63,162 nucleotides of DNA, filler included, from Octopus bimaculoides (GCF_001194135.2; 4 parts of 4 records of this genome joined end to end with filler, not necessarily neighbours in it), one strand, 5' to 3'. Positions 13,485-25,608 are shown, counted from the first letter of the whole stretch. The notes: generated by a model not told the origin, from the sequence alone. Translations and numbers: made by a program.

Positions 13485-14919
13485 NNNNNNNNNNNNNNNN
13501 NNNNNNNNNNNNNNNNNNNNNNNNNNNNNNNNNNNNNNNNNNNNNNNNNNNNNNNNNNNNNNNNNNNNNNNNNNNNNNNNNNNNNNNNNNNNNNNNNNNN
13601 NNNNNNNNNNNNNNNNNNNNNNNNNNNNNNNNNNNNNNNNNNNNNNNNNNNNNNNNNNNNNNNNNNNNNNNNNNNNNNNNNNNNNNNNNNNNNNNNNNNN
13701 NNNNNNNNNNNNNNNNNNNNNNNNNNNNNNNNNNNNNNNNNNNNNNNNNNNNNNNNNNNNNNNNNNNNNNNNNNNNNNNNNNNNNNNNNNNNNNNNNNNN
13801 NNNNNNNNNNNNNNNNNNNNNNNNNNNNNNNNNNNNNNNNNNNNNNNNNNNNNNNNNNNNNNNNNNNNNNNNNNNNNTATATATATATATATATATGTAT
13901 TTATATATAGCTGCCGATATGCACTACTTATATACGTTAGACGAGATACATGCTGGCATTTATACAATTTATCAAATGGAATGTGATAGTGTTAAGAATT
14001 GAAAATTGATGTATGAAATTCAGGAGATATATCAATCAAAAGCGGCATTCACCGTAAGTTACTCATCTCGAATTCTTCGTCAAATGTATACGTTTATATA
14101 GTCGTTAAGTTCCTAGGAAATGTAACTGTTTCCTTTTGTTCAAATCTTATGTGTCTCAGAGACGATTGCTAGAGAAACAATTATGCTCGTAGCAATCATT
14201 CACAGCGAAACGGTTTCGTTTAACAGAGAGGCTAATATTTCATTCAATGACGTATATAACACTAGCTAATCTCGTATTTAATGTGAGGAAGTATTTCGTT
14301 TGCCACAGAAATAAAATATGCTGCAATAAAATTTTCCTCTGAAGCATAGGATTTATGTAGTTGTGATTGAATGCAGGACATTTTAGACAATATATTACAT
14401 ATGATTGCATATGGTCTATTTATATGCATTCTCCTAAATTATACTCGTCAGTTTTGCCTTTCAGACGCTTAGTTTAGATAAATACATAACAAGCAATTAC
14501 TCGGAGTTATTCTTTTCACACCCCATCTTTCATATTTAAGTTACGATAAATACGGTTATCACGGTTGTGAACACTGGTTCCTTCTGAAAAGGAAACGGTT
14601 CGACTGCAGAGCTTGCAATCCTTTCTCATGCTGTAAATACAAGTTCGCACTTGATGTTTCCATGAATGTCGATGAGCAGTGCAGTATGAAAGATGAAAAT
14701 AAAATAATTTCAAAAGTAACAGAGGAACGTCTTGTTGATTTTACCCAGGGAAATTATTATGAAATCAAAGGATGATGTAACTCTGATAATTTCGAAAGAA
14801 AAATAATTTATTCTTCTAAGTACTATTTCCGGAAAAAGCAAATATCTCTAATTTCCTTTGAACTGCAGCTTATTAAGTGTTTGAACGGGTGTTGACAAAT
14901 AGACACAAGTTAAATATCG

Positions 14920-15405
14920 CATGTAGCTCTGCGGTAATAGATTTGCTTCTCCATCACAAGGTTCCAACTTTAAACCGACTGCATGACATTTTCGGCAAGT
15001 CTAGTCTACTGTAGGCCCGGGCTGACCGAAGCATGGAGAGTAGATTTGCCAAATGAAAACAGTAAGAAGCCTGTCGTATATATTTGTGTGTATATATAAG
15101 TATATATATGTGTGTGTATGTGTGTGTATATATGTACACATGCATATATATGTGGGTGGTGGGGGTCATGTGTGTGTACCTACGTGTGTGTGACTTGGTT
15201 TGTATTTGCCTCTTCACCACTTGACAATCGGTGTTTGTTTGTTTACGTGCATGTATCTTAGGGATTCCGCAAAAACAATCGATAAAATATGTACCAGAGT
15301 TAGAAAAGTAGTTACTGGAGTCCATTTGTTCGACCCTAGCTTTCAAAACGGTGCCCCCAGCATGTCTGTTGTCTGATGAGTGAAACAAGTAATATATAAA
15401 AGATA
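14920..15405 (+). mobile_element. tRNA-derived SINE family A (head, internal (TA/TG)n tract, tail), old copy
   Basis: Collinear degenerate match to the intact copy at 60817-61230, including the AAGAAGCCTGTCGTA head end and the CCACTTGACAATCGGTG...CCCCAGCATG...TGAAACAAGTAA tail. Confidence 0.8.
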
Positions 15406-15514
15406 GATGCCTATCTCGGTGCTTATTTATCTATCCAGTTATCTTACTCTCACTTTTTTATTTTATGTACATATATACTTTAATGAAAGAATGTGTAGAT
15501 TTAGATTTAATGAT

Positions 15515-15880
15515 AATTTTTCTAACTTTCTAATTTCGGCACAACGCCAGCAAATCTGAAGAGAATGTACACGTAGATTACGGTGATTCCAGCACTTCAT
15601 TGGGATTTATTCCAGAAACCCCGAAAGGTTGAAAGCGAAAGTTGACTTAGTGTTTACCCAGGTTAAATGCCGCTAATCATTTTGTCCACCATGTTAAAGA
15701 TTGCGTAATGCCCAAACCCACAAATAATAATTTCAAATTTTGGCACAAGAACAGTATTTTCGGAGGAGGAGATAAGTCGATTACCTCGACCCCAGTGTTC
15801 GATTCATATTTATTTTATCGACCCCGAAAGGCGGAAATACCGCTAAGCATTTTGACCTGAGTGCTAACAATTCAGCCAAA
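15515..15880 (-). mobile_element. Two tandem degenerate copies of tRNA-derived SINE family D
   Basis: Both contain the GGCACAA...GATTAC...CCCCGAAAGG...CCGCTAA(G/T)CATTTTG motifs shared with 25025-25238. The second copy has an internal deletion. Confidence 0.75.
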
Positions 15881-16220
15881 TCATGAACATTTCACATTCC
15901 TTTAATAAAATCGTTATAGGAACAAAAGAATGCCTTGATTATAAGCCCGAACATGTCTTTTTGTAAAATCTTAGCTTTTACAAAGATATTTTAATGTGAT
16001 AACTTCATGTCGTACTTAACCGAACTTGCTTCCTACGTTTCCAGACTGCTTAATTAATATCACGCAGATGTTTATTTTAATTAATTAATCTAATAGTTTT
16101 ACAAATTATAATCTAAATGTATATTCATAGCTATAACTACAAGTATATTGAAATACAGTCTAACATATGATCATCATATCATGAGTTTTATCTGTATTTT
16201 CCGCATACATACATACATAC

Positions 16221-16251
<31 letters not shown>

Positions 16252-16268
16252 CACATACACACACATAT

Positions 16269-16317
<49 letters not shown>

Positions 16318-16418
16318 AACACAATGACTTAATCAGATAGATACTGGATTAAGAAAGGAGATATTAGGAGTAAATTTTCTGTCACTAATGCTACATTGTT
16401 GGTATGTTTAGCACGCCC

Positions 16419-16454
<36 letters not shown>

Positions 16455-17063
16455 GTATGTATGCATACAGGGGGTGGTGTGAAAAGCAGGTATACCCACG
16501 TTAAATTAACATATATAACTGACAGTCAAGACTATTGACAAGGTTGAAAGACGCAACGAAAATTTTAGGAAAATAAAAAGAAAAATAAGTGGAAATTTGA
16601 CCGGTGAGTGTGTTAAATGTTAAGGCACAATAAGAAAATGACTCTCCCCAGACACAACAGAATATTTTTTTTAATGTAACCTAATAGTAACAATTACTTA
16701 AACAGGTTTCGTGAGCTAATTATGGCACAATTTGAAACTAGAGCTAATTTTTCCGAACTGTCCTTCTAACAAGATGGGGTATCTCCTCATTAATCTTTGG
16801 CAGTAAGAGAGTATCTTGATAATACCTTCCCATAGCGTTGGATTGGACCACCTGGCAGCATCAAAAGCCTCTACGTTCAGCCGACTTAACACCAATAGTA
16901 AGAGGAAAAAAGAAGCAAAGAGGAGGAAAATGGAATAAAAGGTATGAAAAGTGGGGATAGAGGAAGAAAGCACGACCACACCACACTTTTTTACGGTTGT
17001 ATATTTAAGAGATGAGGCATTGTTTACATTTGACGGATATTTGTCCTCATCGTGTTTGTTCTT

Positions 17064-17108
17064 AACACAACGTTTTGGTTGATATACCCTCCAGCCCTCA
17101 TCAGTGTC
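17064..17108 (-). ncRNA. Degenerate copy of the same hammerhead motif
   Basis: GACA-CTGATGA-GGGCTG..CAACC-AAAA-CGTT-GTGTT. The core G12 is A (a CpG-type change) and helix II has a mismatch, so it is probably inactive. Confidence 0.65.
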
Positions 17109-17172
17109 TTAGGACAATTTTGAACCTGGGTTCTCATTCCTAACGTATTTTTCGATGTTGTTATTATTATTC

Positions 17173-17246
17173 AGGTCAATGCCTGGAATTGAACTCGGAA
17201 TGTTGGGGTTAGTAGCCGGCGCTCTTGATCACTGCGCCATATGCCC
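17173..17246 (-). promoter_or_regulatory. tRNA-like segment with Pol III A and B boxes inside the Penelope terminal repeat
   Basis: GGGCATATGGCGCAGTGATCAAGAGCGCCGGCTACTAACCCCAACATTCCGAGTTCAATTCCAGGCATTGACCT. A box TGGCGCAGTGA at 17229-17239; B box GAGTTCAATTCC at 17185-17196; anticodon-like loop CTACTAA. Stems are imperfect, so this is not a functional tRNA. Confidence 0.75.
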
Positions 17247-17277
17247 GTAAGCAATGATGGTTGTGAATTTTTAAGGC

Positions 17278-17430
17278 TTATAAATCTAATATTTTCCTAT
17301 CCTTCCTTAATACCGCTTCCCATATTTTATTCATATCGGCACTCGGTCTGTTTAGGAGGTTGTGTTGTCCTAGCACATGTGCTGCTACTTTTAGCGTTCG
17401 TATTTTCCAGTGGTGTTCCTTTCTATTATT
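17278..17430 (-). pseudogene. C-terminal remnant of a Penelope-like ORF (end of the GIY-YIG endonuclease)
   Basis: Open 50-codon frame NNRKEHHWKIRTLKVAAHVLGQHNLLNRPSADMNKIWEAVLRKDRKILDL*. It resembles the PLE C-terminal pattern W.KR..KEA.HI....N.LNR......IW..+L. Recognised by eye, no search run. Confidence 0.7.
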
Positions 17431-17520
17431 CCGAATTCGATTCCAAGCAGTGACCTGAATAATAATAACAAGATCAAAAAATACCTTCGGAATGAGAACC
17501 TAGGTTCGAAATTTTCCCAA

Positions 17521-17566
17521 GACACCTGATGAAGGCTGGAGGGTATATTAGCCGAAACGTTGTGTT
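17521..17566 (+). ncRNA. Minimal type I hammerhead ribozyme motif
   Basis: GACAC-CTGATGA-A-GGCTG(gagggtatat)TAGCC-GAAA-CG-TT-GTGTT. Helix I GACAC/GTGTT, conserved core CUGAUGA and GAAA, helix II GGCTG/TAGCC, palindromic AACGTT helix III. Predicted cut after GUU (17561). Confidence 0.75.
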
Positions 17567-18162
17567 AACAACAATCAAGATGAGGACAAATGTCTGTCAA
17601 ATGTAAATAACGTACATAATTCCGCATGTCTTAAATATAGAACTGCATTTCCAATAGACTTCTTTTTTCGCGGGGTGGGTAGTAAAGAATAAGTTTTATG
17701 AAAAAAAAAAAAAACCCACACAATGGACGAATTGCAGGAGTTCAACTCGGAAACTTTTACTGAAACTAATACAGATCGGAATTTGTGCCGTACTGTGTGT
17801 CGCAGTGTTCGGGAAAGGTTTGTGTAATGTTGCAATGTTGAAGGGTGGGGGGGGGTCTCGAGAATTTACGAGATTAAACTGTGTCTAATAAATGTAATTG
17901 TAATAAACATGTGTAAATGTAATAATATAAATAATTTTAAATTGTATACCTACTTTTTGCCCATGTAACTATACACGTGCTTTTTTTGGACTTTGTTCGT
18001 TCTCTCCGGAACTTTTCTTTCTGCTCTTCTGATAAATAGCTACGCTCGAAGAAACGTTACACACCTCCTTTATTTTCGCCTTGTACCCAGCGTTAACCTA
18101 ATTCATTCTATGTGTACGTCCTTTTGACTTTTGTTGTATCGTTATTTCTAATTTCCGATTTA

Positions 18163-18226
<64 letters not shown>

Positions 18227-18313
18227 NNNNNNNNNNNNNNNNNNNNNNNNNNNNNNNNNNNNNNNNNNNNNNNNNNNNNNNNNNNNNNNNNNNNNNNATA
18301 TATATATATATAC

Positions 18314-18359
<46 letters not shown>

Positions 18360-19467
18360 TTAGGGATAAAATCCAAAATTACAGGTAAGAACTCAATTAA
18401 AATCAAGTTATTAAAAATTAAAATAAAATTAAGTTTCACAGTATAAAATATGTATGAATATATATATTTATATATATTAACCTTGGTTCTTTTCCCTAAT
18501 GCTATATATATNNNNNNNNNNNNNNNNNNNNNNNNNNNNNATATATAAGCGTATAACGAAAGGTAATGGTAAACTAAGAGGAAAACCACTAAATGGCTTC
18601 TTTGCTTGCTGAAATAAGATATCAGATCTTCAAACCACGAAAAATACGTTCTCATGCACAGCACCTTGGATGTAAGCAAACAAGACTGTATAAAATAATC
18701 TAAAAGACCAGTTCTTTCTATACTTCGAAGTTTCACCATTAATGATTAAACAATTAGCTGTGGATTTTCAGAAGAAACTGGGTGGCATGAATGATTATGA
18801 AACTGAAAAACATACCACATCTCAAAAGTACACACATGCATACCGAGTTCTAGTTATATACACCTATATATATGTGTGTGGGGTTGGGGTGGGATATTCC
18901 TATATGTTATGTATTCCTTGTATCCCCGTCGGGTATTTTTCATCAAATATTTCGAAACAGAAAAAAACGTTAGAGCCCTGATAGCTGAAGCTTCAGTCGC
19001 TAAAACTACTTATTTGTTTAATGTTTCGAGAGGTACACTCTCGAAAAGCATGTTGTCATTCCAATACAAAAATTAAACGAAATCTTGACAAAGATAACTC
19101 TGGACGGTAGGCAAAGCTTAGAGAGAGGGACTCTAGAATAGTGAAACATATTGTGTCGTAAAAAAACCATTGAATTACGTCGACATATTTGACAGCTAAA
19201 TCATCACTTTGCCAACCTTGTGACAACCAAACTGTTTGCTGGGATGCCCCCTAATACACACGAAAAACTTTCACAACGCTAATTTTATTTAATATATATA
19301 CAGGAAGCTGGGGAGAACCAGAGGGATATCCCCTGCCAATCATTTGCCAATCAAAAATTTATAGAGTGCTGCTTTCCTCTCCCATCGTTGCTGACAGAAC
19401 TGAAGCAGGTTTTACTTGAGTTATTGCCATAAATTCTTCTGTATGAGTTACCTCCACGACGTGTTAT

Positions 19468-19499
<32 letters not shown>

Positions 19500-20139
19500 A
19501 CACACATACACACACACGCACACACACATACACACATACACACACAAACACACGCACACACACAAATGCACGCACAAACATACACAAACCTACACACACA
19601 CACACATACACATATACATAATACATAAATACATATTCATATATTTCGTAGTTTATATATTTAGTGTGAGAAGTAATTTGTTTTTGAATGTTGAATATGA
19701 AAAAGGTTGCACGTTCAGAGGAACTGACTGGGGTAAATCAGATAATAAAATAAAAGTAATTTGATTGAGTAACAGAAATAAGGGATTAAAAATTCAAATG
19801 CAACTTGTAGCACTAATCCAAATACAATTTGTACACACGTGCAGTATAAAAGTTATACCAATGTTTTTCTTCCAGAGAAATACATCTCAGAGACAGAATA
19901 GCTGCTATTATCCAAATACGTTTCATCCATCTATGTCGAAATATCATCATCGACCTGCATACTCAATAACTCACAAGAGAACACTGACTCTACACTGAAT
20001 AAAGATGAAGGACTAAAGTAAATGAAATAGACCACCATGTATATATAACTCATTCTTCACCACTAGTTTGATAATTAAGTAAGTAGCGTGTGAAAATGCT
20101 AAAATCTATTGTAGTATGTAAGATCAGTTATTTGGAGAA

Positions 20140-20305
20140 GAAAGTATTAGTCGTACCATAGACCCAAATATATGTGTGATACTTAATTTTCTCCTGCCCA
20201 GAACGATGAAAAGTGAAGTTATCTTCGGCGAGATTTGAACGCAAGGTCGGGAAATTAACATAGCTCATGTTACTCGACGCTCTGCCTATTCTTTTAGCAC
20301 TTCTC
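20140..20305 (-). mobile_element. Highly degenerate SINE family D copy
   Basis: GATACTTAATTTT..CCCAGAACGATGAAAAGTGAAGTT..CGGCGAGATTTGAAC matches the family D core and B box. Confidence 0.55.
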
Positions 20306-22854
20306 GGTAGCACATATATAATAAATAATGTAAATACCTTTTTTTACCAGCAAAATATATTTTAGGTAAAGTTATTTCAGTTTTTCCAATGGCCAAGTTG
20401 CATGTCAGTCGTTTAGGTGTCAAGGGTCATATAAAGTTAAAACATAGTCATTACTAACCCCAGCTCCATTCTGACCCTGCACAGAAGTACATGGCAAGGG
20501 ACTCTGTTGTGGGTTAAGTACCAGGGGGTGGTATTTTGGTCGAAGTATGGAAGATCCGGAAAAAGGCTAGCCACAAGACATGTAACATACAAGCCCACTG
20601 ATTTGCGGACATGCCCTCATATCACGTGAACTAGTCACTCAAACTAAGGGTAAACGCAGAACAGAAACAGAGCAAAGGTAGTTGTAAATAAAGTACAGCA
20701 AAACCATTGCTGCGTCTCTTCCTATAAAGATCAGGGATAATCATGCCTATGATTTTGGCTTAACATTTTGAAGTTTTATGAATTCATTAAATTCGCTGAC
20801 AATCCTGGACTATTTTCTTTCACAGTCAAATCGATCTAGTGTTAAACAGATCATCACAAGAAATTCTTATTTTTGATTAACACCCTGGTGGTTTCTGCTG
20901 TATACTTCATGTGTTTTCATGATGAAAAATTCACAGGCGGTCCAAATGTCACTTAGCATGTAAAAGCATAATCAACATCTCCAAGATTTCTGAATAGACT
21001 ATATTCACATGATGCAATTGACCTCAGTTTTCAGATTAACCACTATCCTTGACATGCATTGGTAATTTATGGTTTTGTTACTATTACATTTAAGTCACGT
21101 ATGCACGTTCACAGAATCCACAAGTCCAATCTGCTTTTCTTGATTTTTGATGGCAATTGCCTCAACTGCAAGTTGAGGTATTTATGTAGAACGTATTTGA
21201 AAATGATTTCTGCTAATATTTTCCTATTAATTTTCATAAACGATGAATATACCCTGCCATTCTTTGCGTGTCTTATTTAGATACAGTATCATATTGAATA
21301 TTAAAATACTTCTGTCTAAAATGTTTTAAAATAAGTGGCATTAAGTATAGTAGCTTTTAAATGATTGCAATGCACTAATTAAAAATTTCGTGTTTAACTA
21401 ACATCATTTAAAGAGGGTATTACCTTTTACTGCCATAGTTTTGAATCATGATTAAATAAACGGAAATAATTAACTATTAATCATTACTATTCACTTGCCT
21501 TTAATCTAACGAAATCAACTGTATACGTTTGAGTATGTGGGCGTGCTTGTTTACGTGTGTTTATGTGTTTATAAAAATTAGTGTATGCCTATGTGTGTGT
21601 ATGTATGTGTGTATGCCTATGTCTGTGTATGTATGTATGCCACTGAGAGAGAATTCTGAGAGATGTGTAGTTAAAAATAGATTATATCCATACTCAAGTA
21701 AGAATCCCAGAAACAGTTAATTATAGATGGAAGGATCCAGCAGTGTAATTGCTGGAATAACGTTCAAGATTCTGGGAGGTTATTTTCTTCAGCGTTGACA
21801 GTTGTCTAAATAATGGCAATTAATTGAGGAACGCTTCAAGCATTTACTGAACTATGCTCTGACCTTGAACTTGTTTACAGTTAGCAGGTGTATTAGAGTT
21901 ATAAATAATTTTCCTTGAAAGGAATGTTGGTGATGTCAGACGTAATGCAAGCCTTTAGAATATTCAATCTATAAGGCTATCACAAGTTGAACACACCTGT
22001 CATTTATATCCTTATAAGCTATGCTAATAGAGAATGGCTATTATATCTCAGCAAGTCTCCAGCTGTAAAATATTGTTGCTGACATTTTTTGTTCTTGCCC
22101 AGCTAGCCACCGTCTAACATCACTGATTGACAAGATCTTTAATAAAGACCGTTACTGGCTTCGCCTTCAATGAGTACATTGCCTCAGGGACTATACTATC
22201 AAATATGTCATCTGCTTTCATATAAAAGCAGGACTGAATTCAAGCGTGATCCGACTATCATTTCTAGCAAACCTGGTTAGCCTGCAAAGGCAACGATAAC
22301 ATGAATATAACGATGTATGAATAGAATATTTCTAGAAAATTCATTGTATTTCCTCTAAACCAGAAGAGGCAATAAATAATGTGTACAAAGTTCAGAAGAG
22401 ATTCGAAGTTACATTACTCAGCTAAACAAATCGAATGGTTTATGGCCAGCGCCTATGATATAGATAATAGATGGGATTTGCGCATAGTTGTAAATATGGA
22501 TTTGCGCATAGTTGTAAATTTTAAGCGTATCAATAGAATTGTTTCCATTAATTATCTGTCAAAAAGTAATTAATTTTCATGTCGAATGCGTACGTCTTCC
22601 CGAGTAATTAAAATTCTTTTATTGTTTCATTTTTTCATTTATTCTACAAGCAATTAGTCAAATTCAGCATCTTTTGATGAACGCACTCTTTTGGTCTGTT
22701 GGTGAGAAGTAACATAAACTTGAATATAACTATCAAAGCATATTATTAAAGGATGTCCAAACGTGACAAACCGTATATTGTCTGCAGCATCAGAAGGTAT
22801 CTAAAATACTCTAGAAGAATTTGTAGCAAATATTTCTTCAATTATATAGTATTT

Positions 22855-22935
22855 GAACTACTCAAACGTAAAGACGGACGAAATGCAGCTAAACATTTTG
22901 CCCCGCGTGCTATCAATTCCCAAAGCTTATCGCCT

Positions 22936-23003
<68 letters not shown>

Positions 23004-23110
23004 ATAATAATAATAATAATAATAATAATCTTTTCTACTATAAGCAAAAAGCGTGACATTTTGGGTTAGGGTGCGAGTCGATTACATCGACACCAGTGCT
23101 TCATTCGCAC
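22855..23110 (-). mobile_element. SINE family D head, a (CTA)n(ATA)n microsatellite (22936-23028), and the tail of the next family D copy
   Basis: GACGGACGAAATGCAGCTAAACATTTTGCCCCGCGTGCT..CGCCTTA, then triplet repeats, then TCTTTTCTACTATA..GTCGATTACATCGACACCAG up to the gap. Confidence 0.75.
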
Positions 23111-23529
23111 NNNNNNNNNNNNNNNNNNNNNNNNNNNNNNNNNNNNNNNNNNNNTTAATTAATTAANNNNNNNNNNNNNNNNNNNNNNNNNNNNNNNNNN
23201 NNNNNNNNNNTATGTATGTATGAATGTATGTATGTGCGTATGCATGTATATATGTATGTATGTATGCGTGTATGTATATGTGTCTGTATGCATGTATGTA
23301 TGTATGTATGTATGTATTTATGTATGTATGAATGTATGTATGTATGTGTGTATGTCTGTATGAATGCATGAATGCATGTATGAATGTATGTATGTTTGTA
23401 TGTATGTATGCATGTGTGTATGTATGTATGTATGTATGCATGCGTGTATGTATGTATGTATGTATGTATGTATGTATGCATGTGTGTATGTATGTATGTA
23501 TGTATGTTGATGTGTGGATGTATGTGTAT

Positions 23530-23818
23530 TTTAAAGACTGGTAGTTAGTCTATCGGTATCTTTCGCCGCACCGCTAGCTGACGGGGCTGACACACCACAT
23601 CGGTTGTCAAGCGGTGGTAGGGAACAAACCAAATGCACACACACACACACACACACACACGACAGGCTTCTTTCAGTTTCCGTCTACCAAATCCACTTCC
23701 ACGTCTTTGATCGGCCCGAGGCTATAGTAGAAAACACTTGCCCAAGGTGCCATGCAGTGGGACCAAACCTGGAAGCTTGTGTTTGTGAAGCAAACGTCTT
23801 ACTACACAACCACGCCCT
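23530..23818 (-). mobile_element. SINE family A copy (partial tail, (CA)n tract, head)
   Basis: GACAGGCTTCTTTCAGTTTCCGTCTACCAAATCCAC..GGCCCGAGGCTATAGTAGAA.ACACTTGCCCAAGGTGCC matches 61070-61230. Confidence 0.88.
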
Positions 23819-23830
23819 TTGTCATATATA

Positions 23831-24066
23831 CAGTAATACCTTACCATATTGCGATTCACTTATCGCGCATTTATTACATTGCAGTTCACCTTTCGCGTAG
23901 TCAGTACATCGCGGATTTTTCTGGTTAATATATGCAAATTCATATCGCGGACTCCACAGTATATCACGGTTTTCTGTGGCCGATAGGTATTTATATTTTC
24001 TTATATTTTAATTATTTCTGTGGGAGGTTTTGGGTCGTAACACCCGCGATTGTCGAACGATTACTG
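23831..24066. mobile_element. Tigger/pogo-type MITE, copy 1
   Basis: Imperfect TIRs CAGTAAT..ATTGCG and CGCGAT..ATTACTG with TA on both sides. Internal ATCGCG repeats. An inverted homologue lies at 27752-27960. Confidence 0.85.
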
Positions 24067-24788
24067 TATTGTTATAAACTCTTGTAGATTCTGCTTTATA
24101 ATCGAGTTATTTCGTAAAGATTCATGTTTGCTAACATCTTTTCATAACCAATTAATTTAGTCATGAAATCCTTTCTCGTCCACCAAGACTCAGTTTTCTT
24201 TCCATTATTTTTCTCCCTAATTTTCTTCCTTACGTCTATGAGCTTCCATACAACAATGCTCCCGCGTTCCAGATAAAAATTACCTTCTAAATCTCGTTTC
24301 AATATAAGTAAATACACTATCATTCTAACGGTTTTTTATCTTCTTCTTCCTTTCAATACATCCCTGTATGTAAACCTTAGATTAATAGATTAGTCCATTA
24401 CGGCTTTGGTCACTTCATCATCTAATCTAAAACGGACATCACATCATCTCCAAAAGCATTAATTTTTTAGAATATCAACACATATCGTTGTTGTTTTTTT
24501 TCAAAGTTTCTATTGCCATTATTTCAACTCCCTTAGGCATAACATTTTCTTCAAACTCACTTTATTTTCCTCCATTTTGACTTGTCGTATCCATCCATTT
24601 TCCTTGATTGCAACAGGCCTTTCCTCCGTTCAAATGTTCCTGTTTTACTCCAGAAATTATGCGGGTGTTTCGAAAGCCTCTTTTTGCTGTATCACTCGTG
24701 ATATCACATTTTATAATAAACCTATTTAGTTCCTATACGTTAGGTCGTTCAGTGATGCATATCTCAAACAGGGGTGAAATAAATAATG

Positions 24789-25238
24789 ATTTTGGCCCCA
24801 GGCTAGCAAATATTGGGAGAGGGGGAATAATTCGGTTACACAGAAGCAGCACTGAATTAATACTTCATTCTATGGACCCCGAAAGGATGAAAAGGAAGGT
24901 TGACTTCAGTAGGATTTGATTTTAGAATGTAAAGAGCCGGAAAAAAAAAGCCATTAAGCGTTTCGTCCGACACGCAGACGATTCTGATAGCTCGCCCGCC
25001 TTAATGATAATGTTGATGATAATATTCCTTTCTGTTATAGGCACAAGGCCTGAAATTTGGGGGAGGGGCAGTCGATTGTATCTTCCTCAGTATTTCGCTG
25101 GTACTTTATTTATCGATTCCGAAAGGATGAAAGGCAAAGTCGACCTCGGCGAAATTTGAACTCAGAACGTAGCAACGGGCGAAATACCGCTGAGCATTTC
25201 GCCCGGCGTGCTAACGAATCTGCCAGCTCACCGCCTTT

Positions 25239-25294
<56 letters not shown>

Positions 25295-25539
25295 TGATGA
25301 TGATAATAATAATGATAATAATAATCCTTTCTACTCTAGGCACAAGGCCCGAAATTTTGGGGAAGGGAGCCAGTCAATTAGATCGACCACAGTATGCAAC
25401 TGGTACTTAATTTATCGAACCCGAAAGGATGAAAGGCAAAGTCAATCTCGGCGGAATTTGAACTCAGAAAGTGAAGACGGACGAAATGCCGCAAAGGATT
25501 TTTATCCGCTATGCTAACGGTTCTGCCAACTCGCTGCCT

Positions 25540-25540
<1 letters not shown>
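24789..25540 (-). mobile_element. Head-to-tail trimer of SINE family D (24789-25003, 25025-25238, 25324-25540) joined by (TAA/TGA)n linkers
   Basis: Each unit on the minus strand reads GGCGGTGAGCTGGCAGA.TCGTTAGCACGCCGGG (A box), GAGTTCAAATT (B box), CTTTGCCTTTCATCCTTTCGG core, and CCTTGTGCCTA..AGAAAGGA-(ATT)n tail. Confidence 0.92.

Positions 25541-25608
<68 letters not shown>

Larger units (their letters stand above)
16899..17657 (-). mobile_element. 5'-truncated Penelope-like retroelement with inverted pseudo-LTR and 7-bp TSD
   Basis: CCAATAG occurs at 16892-16898 and 17651-17657, and removing the insert restores the mariner frame (ADLTP-IDFFF). The insert holds a GIY-YIG-like C-terminal ORF remnant, a direct terminal repeat (~16996-17277, minus) and an inverted partial copy of it (17428-17646, plus). 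Confidence 0.85.
16468..17971 (+). mobile_element. Internally deleted DD41D (rosa/Visitor-type) Tc1/mariner element interrupted by a Penelope-like insertion
   Basis: Imperfect TIRs with core AAAAG(C/T)AGGTATAC and flanking TA (16466-16467, 17972-17973). QDGVSPH*SLAVREYLDNTFP*RWIGPPGSIK-PLRSADLTP at 16770-16894 continues as IDFFF..VVKNKFYEK..MDELQEF..LCRTVCRSVRERF*CCNVEG from 17651. About 41 residues separate the last two Asp. Confidence 0.88.

Noticed and set aside
17173-17246. Call as a genuine tRNA gene
   Set aside because: The acceptor and T stems are mismatched and no oligo-T terminator follows. It is embedded in a repeat, as are the other SINE heads.
19334-19354. Two CCAAT-box-like motifs (TGCCAATCA twice)
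   Set aside because: Short motifs with no gene, TSS or CpG island nearby.
22474-22519. 22-bp tandem duplication with period 24
   Set aside because: Consistent with simple slippage; no element boundaries.
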